Source of the DNA: Euglena gracilis | Lineage: Eukaryota | Assembly (NCBI GenBank): GCA_039621445.1 | Contig: CP154954.1 | Span: forward strand, 23,696,954 to 23,760,953 | Reading direction: 5' to 3' | DNA length: 64,000 bases | In this document: in pieces, positions 55,141-64,000 of the stretch | Layout: every line of letters starts with the position of its first letter | Position numbering within the stretch: position 1 is the stretch's first letter | Made by a program: the position numbers and the translations under genes | Notes under the pieces: model-generated | The model's input: only the letters and a program-made list of their open reading frames with translations | Told to the model about the DNA's origin: nothing | Databases searched by the model: none

Positions 55141-58100
55141 TGTGTACGAGGCGTATGCTCTCTGCCCTTCCGATGAGGTATCGGGCAAGAGAGCAGATCC
55201 TATTAGGATCTTCTCACTCCCCCTTTCTCTCTCCACAGGTGGTATTCTTTCCTATATTCATTAAAAACTTCCAACTCTGTTTCTCCTTTTGTTTTCCTTC
55301 CCTGTGCTTTGCTTCTTGCCGTGCGGGGAATTCTCAAAACCCGTTAGTCTAATTTTCAGTCCCCAAGTAGGCGCGACAAGGCGAAAGCGAAGGCTTTTTG
55401 CGGAAAAGGGAAGATCAGACGTACACTTGGTTGCAGATTAGGTCACGATCCTACACAGACTGTACACACAGAATTCTCTGTGGTTGACTGGGAGCAGAGG
55501 GCCCCCGGCACCGTTATCACACGGTTGCAGCGTCCGCCCCCGGCTTTTAGCCAACTTCTAAGCAGACGAGCAGGCTCCTGAAGGTTCTGTACGGTATTCA
55601 GCGTTACAGCCCCTCTGGTGCCGCACAACTGCCTATTTTTGTGGGTTTTTGCTGCTTTTGCCGTCACAAAGAATCAAAGCACAGGCCCCAACTCTCAACT
55701 CAACTATGCCTTATTTAAGGCGTCATTGCAAGACATTGACCAAGAAACTGGGGAGTGGAAGCTTTTAGGTAAAAGCGCTTCCAGTTTCCATGCTAATGAA
55801 GCACAACTGATTCAATTGTCAAGATGGAAACACTTGTCATCATTGACAGCGGTCGGCAATGAGCTGTCCACGTCATTGGCTTCAGAGTCCTCTTCCGCAC
55901 TCACATCCCAAACCATGGATGGCCAAGGGAAGGGCACTGGGAAGCCCCTCACTTCAGGGGATGGGAAAGATATCGTTGCTCGGATGCCAGGGGATCACCA
56001 CCTTGTGAGGCAGTTCAACCATGTGCAACAACGCGTTGCAGATTATGCAACTGCGGTGAACAAAGTGCTGCAGTTTGATGAGGACAACCTGAAACATGTC
56101 TTCCCCAAACTGGAGTACTGTTGGAATTATTTGGAAGACGTTGGCCAACACTATCAGCGAAATTGCGAAAGTGCGGGTGTTGAACTTGCAAAAGTTCAAG
56201 AAACCTTTGACAAAATTTTCAAACAACTCTGGCAAAACTTCAAGAAAGTTCAGTGAATGCATGCATGAAGCGGAAATACGGAATGACTCCAAGTTTCTGC
56301 ACTTGCATGACTCACTACAGCAGTTACCGGGACAAATGGAGTCATGTTAATCCATGTTTTTGCATTTGCAGCAACAGTTGTATGCACAAGATTCCTCGTC
56401 TGCAACAACCAATTTTGGTGGATTTGTGCCTATAGCCCATTTCACCACCCTATGCGCAACTTTCCACGAGTCGCAACACCGCATCATGCAGTTGTGCGAT
56501 GAAATGGAAAAGTTTCGGTAGTTTCAGTCACATGCCAACGAGAATTTCGTTCCCCGCTCGCATGTGCAGCAGTTGGAGGAACATATTCCCGAAACCCTGC
56601 TATTTTTATGCAAATAGGGTTGGATTATCCAATATTGGCGTGAATGTGGCGGAGGTATCACAACGGCATGATTCCCTGCAGTTGCAGTTGCAATCCGTCT
56701 TTGGCAGTATTAACACAGCCATTGCGGGTTTGCAACAGAGCTGTTACGCACTTTCACACCGAGTTCCTGACATCAGCGATATTCAAACTGCTTTTAGGGA
56801 ACTCCAGCGAATTTTCCAATTTCGAATTTCGAATTTCCGCGTTGATGGATAAGCCACAACTGGTAATTTTACCCGTGGGTACCACAACCGCGTTGTCGGA
56901 TAACCCTGAACCGGTTGCTCCCACCACCACACCAACCAAGATAACCTTTTCAGACTCTCTCAAATGCTGTGAGAGCATTTACGGGACAACTCCAATTAAT
57001 AGATGAGTCTCACAGGAAACTCGTTCGAAATGTCTCCAGAATTCTCGAAAGGATTACGCATTTGGATTACTTTTACGTTACCGCAAGCATATTCGCGCTT
57101 TGGAGCAAGAGGTTGACCCTGTTTGCGGCCACCTCCAGCTTGTGGAGCATTTGGAACAAAGTGTGCATGACTTGTCTGTGGGTTTGGACAATTTGTCCAA
57201 CCAGCAGCAGGTTTCACACCACAATTCCGCAGGATTGCTGAAGATGCGCCAAATGTTCCAGAGTGGCGTTTCCAAAACATGACTCCTGGTGCATGCATGC
57301 ATGGGATTCCGGGACCAGCTTGTGTTGGCTCGGAGGCTGAAGGCCTACGTCAACTGTATTTACAGTGTACGTCCCGCCCTCGCTTTTCTACTTATCCTTT
57401 CCTCCCGGAAAATGCCAGAGGGTGGATTAACAACAAAATTTGATTCCCTTTCCCCATTTCATTGCAAGGCACAAAGACAAGAAGAATTTTTGGGACCGCA
57501 GTCCCTTGTATGAAAGTACTTTTTGCACCTTTGAGCTTTGTCAAAGAAAGAGTAAAATTCTTTATTCAAATAGGACTTCGCCCACGAATTCTAAAAGAGA
57601 AGTGCAAAGGACGAAACCCTGTAACCTTGAGTTAGGAACCACTTAGCCTGTTAAGCTTTTGATCTCAAATTGGATTCTCTCTTTGTCTTATGATACCGTT
57701 GTACTGTGTAATGCCGGCCGTATCCAGATTGTAGGCCGTAGCCCGCTGGTATCTGGAACACAGTGCCATGGCATAATGGCTGCCTGGTACACATTTACTC
57801 AGTATGCACCCTCGGTGTCAGTGGAAACTATCCACCGCACCCCGATATCGAACGCCTGGTCGAGGTGTTGTGGATGAACAACCTCCAGGCGTGTCTGGAG
57901 AGCCATTACGGCTCCACCTTCCGCGTCCTGCGCGTTTCCCTGGCCCACCCGCAGAGGTATGAAATCTCGTGTACGTTTTGTGGGCAGGAATTTCCTGTCG
58001 ACTTTTGGGGATTCGGCGTTCGTAAAAAACCTCCACTGCCTCGGGATTTACTGAACGTGGAGATGGACGCCGCATGCTTACGCATGTGTTTCGCGACGCC

Positions 58101-60565
58101 CCAGATTCCCAGGGCAAAAGTTGCCGCGTCAAAAAGCAGAGTATTTTCATGCTCAAAAAGTTCTGGTGGCGGGCTTGGACCACCTATGTCATGGAGGCGT
58201 ATCTACATCTCCGTGACAGCCAAGACGACGAGCCTGGTATGGAAAGCTTGCCGCCGGACTACAGCGACCCTATTTGGGGGTCGTCGGCGCGCCGACCTAC
58301 GCCCAGATTGGTACCGGGATGATATCAGCCTGAAGGAGCAACTGCAGCGACAGTTTGGCGGCACCCTGGGCCGGGAGCTGTTCCTCCCATACATCACGGA
58401 CCCGACAGCCAACCTCGACCTGCGCGTGCCTATTCTGGCATGTGTCCAGGAGTTCGAGGAGGGGCTCTTTGAGGTCTGGGAGGCAACGCGCCTCCGAGAT
58501 CTCTGTAGCCCGAATGTTGTCTGGGTCCGACCATCGTCGCCCCGAATGGGTGCGACCATCATGGCCGCCACCCTTCCACAACAGCACCAGCAGCTATACG
58601 CTCACCTTTTACAGGATGGCGGGTGCTCAGGGATGCCTATGGCACCCCAACAATCCTCGATCGCTCGAGGATCTGCGCGCCTACAATGCCCCGGAGGATG
58701 ATTCTCTGGCGATGAGGAGACGTGAGACGTCAGTCGCTTCCACCACCGATATACCGCGGTGAGAGGAACGCGAACACATGCTTCCGTCACCATTTTGGAG
58801 GAAGCGTCGCCGTCTCTGAATGGAACGGCAATATCCTACGTCTCCGCCTCGCGAGCGGCAGGAGGACGATCAGTCTACCCGGCCTCTTCGGCTGCCACCT
58901 CTGTGTGTCCACCGATAGGTGCAGACGAGGAACATCCTCAGGAGGACGGAAAGAACTTGGAGGATATCATCTACACCGCTCTGCCCACTCCGGCAGAGCC
59001 CCGGCCAGACGAAGCACCTGCAGGGGATATACCCGAGGCTGCGACGCCTGTTCCGGCGGCTGGGCCCCAAGCCGATGTGGCAGGTATGGTCGTCGAGGAT
59101 ACCCTCGAGGAACCTGCCAGTCCCACAGCACGCCCCTCATTACGAGGCCGTGTGCTCGGCGCCGTGGACACAGACATTTCTTCCGTGGCCGCTGTACTAA
59201 CGCCGCGAAGTGGAGGGGCAGGATCAAGCTCCGCCGCTGAGGTCGTGGAAGCACCAGATGCCGGTGTCCTAACACCCCCGCCTCTGGCAGCAGTGCAACC
59301 ACCATCAGGGGATGAACCTCAACCGACAGAGATATCTGTGTTACCGGATACAACGGAGGAGCAACCTCTCTTAGCACCTGTGCCAGCAGTCGCGGATGAT
59401 TAACCTTCTAGACCAGATGTCGAGATGGAAGTGGAGGAAATACCCCCATGACCACCGACACCACGCAGGATCCCTGGAGTACCGAGAACGATGGCTGAGT
59501 TTATGGGAGTTCCAGCGCATGTGGAAGCATGAGGACCACAGCACCGCGCCAAGCCGGGCAGGATAAACCTGCACAGCGACGGCCGGCAGAGCAGCCCCTG
59601 AACCCGTGCCGACTCCTCGGAGTGTCATGCGTGATCCAGCGGTCATTAGGGCCAATTTTACCCAGACGTCTGCTCCAGCGCAACCCGCTCCTGATACCAG
59701 GGGTAAGCCAGAGGCGTCGCCTCCTGATTCAGGGAGTGCGAAGTCGAAGGAAGGCAAACCGGGTGCTGCACCCTGTAAGCCCCCTGCCAAGTGCAATGAT
59801 GGGAAACCACCACCGAAAGGTGGTGCTGGCGGACGGAAGAAAGGGCCTCCGACATTGCACGACTATTCTGCCGTTTCATCGTCAGGATGTTACCAGAGCA
59901 AACAGAAAGGTAAGGGTGGTGGCCACCAAGCACAATCCTCCGCCGCAATGGCGACGGACGGGGAGCAGGATGAACCTGCTTCACCTCCTGTGATTGCAGA
60001 CACCCAGCCCTGGACTCAGGATATCCTGACCCAGCCTCGGCACCGTGGAAGCAAAGGCGAAGAAACTGGCTGCCATTAGGCACCAGAAAGGGTCACTGAA
60101 TCGATAGATTCAGCCACTCATCGTCAAAAGAGAGCCCTTCCACTATGCACAGGAACATACCTGGACATTCTGGAACAGGTGCTCACCCCAAGTACTGGCA
60201 CAGTACATCGGCGAATACCGCGTGTTAGATTTCCAGCACGGCACGTCCTTTGCCTGGACGTGCACAGTGTACCACCCTGTTGGGCACAACCAACCGCTTG
60301 TGCATTTGTGCAAGCGGCAGGTGCAATCCCCGTCGGTCCACCACAGGGCATATGTGCCGAACTGTGTGGCGCTCGTATGTGGCGAGTGCCTGAACGGCTG
60401 GAAGCACAGCTTGAACTACTCCTACAGTGAGAATGCTCACGACAGGGATATCCATCCCTTATGCATCACCTGTATGGGCGTACAGACTGCCGACGGTGCA
60501 GTCACAACCATCTTCACCCAGCACTGGGAGACGTTGGAGAAGTGGAAAAAGGAGTGCAAACAGGC
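55141..60565 (+). mobile_element. Element C: decayed, internally deleted A-family copy (LTR 55141-55427, PBS, 5' gag, then a jump to the extra ORF)
   Basis: The LTR is the reverse-complement homologue of A's LTR. The gag remnant at 55670-57280 and extra-ORF remnant at 57300-60560 match A. Confidence 0.88.
57364..57793 (-). mobile_element. Solo LTR D (B-related family)
   Basis: On the minus strand it reads TGTGTACCAGGCAGCC...GGGACGTACACT, with a 5-bp TSD TTTAC. Confidence 0.88.
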
Positions 60566-60571
60566 CAGGGT

Positions 60572-61758
60572 GGTCCAAGGACCGTGGCCGTCAGTGGAGG
60601 GGGGGTGTTTTGTGCTGGAAATTTATTGGGTGAGGGTCTTTGGGAGGAAGAACGGCCACCCTTTGCCACGTGTCGACCGCATCTCCGAGCTCTCCAGCTG
60701 CTGCGGCCACTGCTTCGAGACGTCCGCGGCCATATAATTCCAAATTCTTTTCCACAGCGTTGCTGGTTTAAGTCAAAATTTAAATTTTATAATTGACTTT
60801 TCAGTTGATATTCGTCTGCTCCGCGTCCTGTTGGGCAATGAGTTGGTATTGGCTTCTTTTCTTGGTTCTTCTTTTTTCGTGAACTGGTTGCACTTTCTTC
60901 TGGGTGTCGAAGGGCATGTTGAGAATCAGCCAACTCCGGCGAAAAAGGCACGACACCTCGGGCTCCGCACTTTGCCCTTCTGAGGCCATGCCTTGCTCGC
61001 CGGAGATCTGTTGTTTGATTGTTACGCGTTGGGTTAGGAGTCCCCGCTTAGTGCCTTTTTTTGCCGGATTTGGCTGATTCCTAAATTGCCGTTCGACACC
61101 CATAAGAAAGGAGAATACCTCAACTCAAGACAACGAAGTCACCAAAGGAAGTCAAATTCAAATTCTCGAACGAGAAGAACCAGCTGAATATCAAACTTAA
61201 AAAAATTGAAGAAAATTAAATAACTGACTTCAATGAAAGATGAAGTGGGGAAGTAATTGGTATTACGACGAAACGCAGCAGTGGCCGCAGCAGCTGGAGA
61301 ACCTAGAGATGCGGACAAGCCGTGGCAAGCTGTGGTCACCCCTTCCCCACCCCTCTCAGAAATTGTACCACAGCCAAACCGCTCCAGTGACCAGCCAGGA
61401 ATTCAGGTCAAAGGGCCAGAGCCCACATGGGCAGATGGAACCAAGGCCAAGGGGGAGAACATCACAGAGGCCATGGAAGACAGTATTTCAAGTCAACCCC
61501 CACTGGGAGAGGTCAACCAAAAGGTCAGCCAAAAAGTTATTTTCAAAAAGTCTTTTCCACATTCCACACAAAGAGGCAGAGACCTCAATGCCCCACAAGA
61601 TTTCAATTGGGCATGAGAGCCAAGGACAGAGAAAGATTCCCAAGACAAAAGGGGGGTCAAGACCATTCAACAACGGCAGGGGACCCTTTCAAAGCAGGGC
61701 CATGGCGGCCATGATCTGCTGGGCAACGACGGCATTCCCCAGGCCATGAAGGCAACAC
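60572..61758. mobile_element. Two head-to-head 5' fragments of the YR family (60572-60951 minus, 60952-61758 plus)
   Basis: Both are homologous to 52430-53262. Confidence 0.7.
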
Positions 61759-64000
61759 TGTGTACCAGGCAGCATGAACACCATGACACTGTGCAAAGCA
61801 GCAATCTGCAGAATGTGCAGTGGCATGCCAGATAGTACTATTCATGCTTCTGCAATAATAATTGCAGAATTAGGAATAGCCTATCCTATCTCGGATATGC
61901 CCCTCCCTTCACAGGTGGTATTATTTTGTTTCATGCTTCATTAGCCCAAAAGGGCAAACCACGATTTGAAGTTTTGAACTCCGATAGGAGAACACTACTG
62001 GAACTGAAGTTGCCAAAATCACACCTGGTTTGCCTTGTGCTCTATATAAGCCCAAAGGCAATAAAAACTAATAGGTAAGTGAAAGACTTTCTTTTTTTGA
62101 TACTCTCGTGGTTCTGTTCCCACAGGAGGTCGTAAGTAGGCCAACAGGAAGTGTGAATAGAGTCAGGGGACGTAGACGTGGTTGCAGATTAGGTTTCCTT
62201 TCTACGCCCATACTCCCCCCTCCCCAACAGCTGACTTCAAACGGTCAGTGGTGCTGAGCCAATAGGCCACAAAGCCACCACAAGCTGTTTGGAGCCAACT
62301 TGTACGCAAAGATTCCGGCTTCTGGAGGCTCTGGGCAGTATACGCTGCCACAACCTTCTAAGTTTGTTCCTTTGCTAACCTTTTGGGGTTTGCTTGTTTT
62401 TTTTCCTGCAACTAAAAATATGCAGAGCTCAAGCACGAACACACTCATGGATTACAAAGCATTGATTGATCCTTTGAGTAGCAGTTGTTATGCATTATTA
62501 CAGGAGGAGTATAGGCTCCTACAAGCTTCTTCACCCTTAATGGGGGACCCTCAAGCTCTATTGAGCATTACCACACCTGAGCTGTGCCACACTCCGTTGT
62601 TCCCTTCTCCAGCTCTGTTGAGCATCCCCCCACACAAATGCCAAGCTCTATTGATCATGATCAACCGCAATGGGGTCCACGCCTAACGGTGACTCAAGCA
62701 CCGCCCGATACAGGTTCTTTTCCTGCATTGCCTTGTATGGATTTGGCTAGTTTGCGCCAAAGTTTTGAGACACATTTGCAGGCACAATTGCCAGAAGAAT
62801 TGCAAAAAGTGAGTGAGACAGTGTGTCAAATACAATCCCGCAATGATGCGAAGTTTTCCCACTTGCAACATAGTTTGCAGGCTTTGTCCAATAAACTGGA
62901 GCCAATTATGGCAATTTTTCCACAATTGCAGCAAAAGTTGCATGATCCTCCCACCAAATATCCTGATTTGGGGAAATTTATTACACTGGAGCAGTTTTCC
63001 ACCATTGCAACTGCTTTTCAGGAAGCGCTACAGCGCATTATACAATTGAGCGGTGATTTCGCGATTTTTTTCCACTTTTCTGCCCAAGCACGCGAAAGTT
63101 TTGCCCCCCGCACTTATGTGCATGAATTGGCGGAAAGATGTTCTCGTTTGGAGCAGAAATCTTGGCATTGCAGTGAAGTTCCCACTAAAATTGCAAGTTT
63201 TCACACCCAAGTCGCGAATATTGCGAGTAGGGTTGAGGCTTTGCAACAACAGCGGCAAAATGACATGGTAGAAATTAAAGCCGATTCGTCTAAGGTTTGT
63301 GCCTGCTATGCGGAAGTGACCGGCAAAATGACTGATGTGACCGGAATTAAAACACCGATAGCGGACTTACAGAGATGTATGCAAGAATTAAGCACAATGT
63401 TGCTTCAGGTGCAATCACTAGTCCTATACACATTGCCTTCGACCACACCCATACCCACACTCACATCCCTACACTTGTAGCAGTTTTGCGCAGCTGAAAA
63501 TCACCACGTTATGGAACGAATTTGTGACAGTCTCATGAATACGGAGAAAATGGTGAAAGAGGATGTCACAAAGTTGCAAAATGACCTTATCGCGGTATCT
63601 GCGCAAGTTTTGGTCTTGATGGAACAGCCAATGGCTGAAAAAGTCAAAAACTCTGGAGGCCATTTCCAGTGCGATACGCACATTAGCGGTTCGAATTCAA
63701 GAATTGGACACTGTTTTTGGTGCAATTCGCAAGATTTCCTGTCGATCTCCGACAAGTTACCCTCTTACCGTAGGCGAATAAGGCGTTTACAGGATGATGT
63801 GAGTCGGATAAACGACAATTTGCAAGTTCTTGACAAATTGGAGCAAAGTGTGCGTGAATTGGCAACCAATTTGGACCAGGTACACGCACAATTGCGTTCT
63901 CTACAACAAATCTCGCATTCGGGTACGGTTGGCACACTCGCCACATCTTGCAGCTCAAAAAGCGCTATTCGCGCAACCATTGTAGAGCCTACCGTCAAAT
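61759..64000 (+). mobile_element. Element E: B-family LTR (61759-62178), PBS and decayed gag running off the window
   Basis: TGTGTACCAGGCAGC start and TGGTTGCAGATTAGG PBS. ORF 62584-63480 is homologous to B Gag. Confidence 0.88.

Overview
Eukaryotic nuclear DNA, very probably from a euglenid (inferred from non-GT/AG introns with paired ends). 1-22.9 kb holds a degenerate satellite, many MITEs and two + strand genes split into short GC-rich exons: a Nudix (NUDT14/ADP-sugar pyrophosphatase-like) protein with a degenerate Nudix box (5033-9189) and a secreted EGF-repeat protein (from 11309). 23-64 kb is a nested retroelement cluster. A decayed DIRS-like tyrosine-recombinase element (RT, RNaseH, Dam-like methyltransferase, YR) is interrupted by a ~17 kb (net) Ty3/gypsy chromovirus, element A (26564-52429, minus). 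A is itself interrupted by a pol-less relative, element B (31201-40198). Further fragments follow (C, solo LTR D, E, several YR 5' ends). The most striking items are: (1) the gypsy Pol carries a Dam/DIRS-type amino-methyltransferase domain between protease and RT, and the element also has a chromodomain and a ~5.9 kb extra ORF region with an 8-Cys finger; (2) hAT MITEs (CAG...CTG, 8-bp TSD) match the 3+5 nt geometry of the host's nonconventional introns; (3) the LTRs end in TG...CT and have tandem primer-binding sites. All domain calls come from motif recognition by eye, with no database search.
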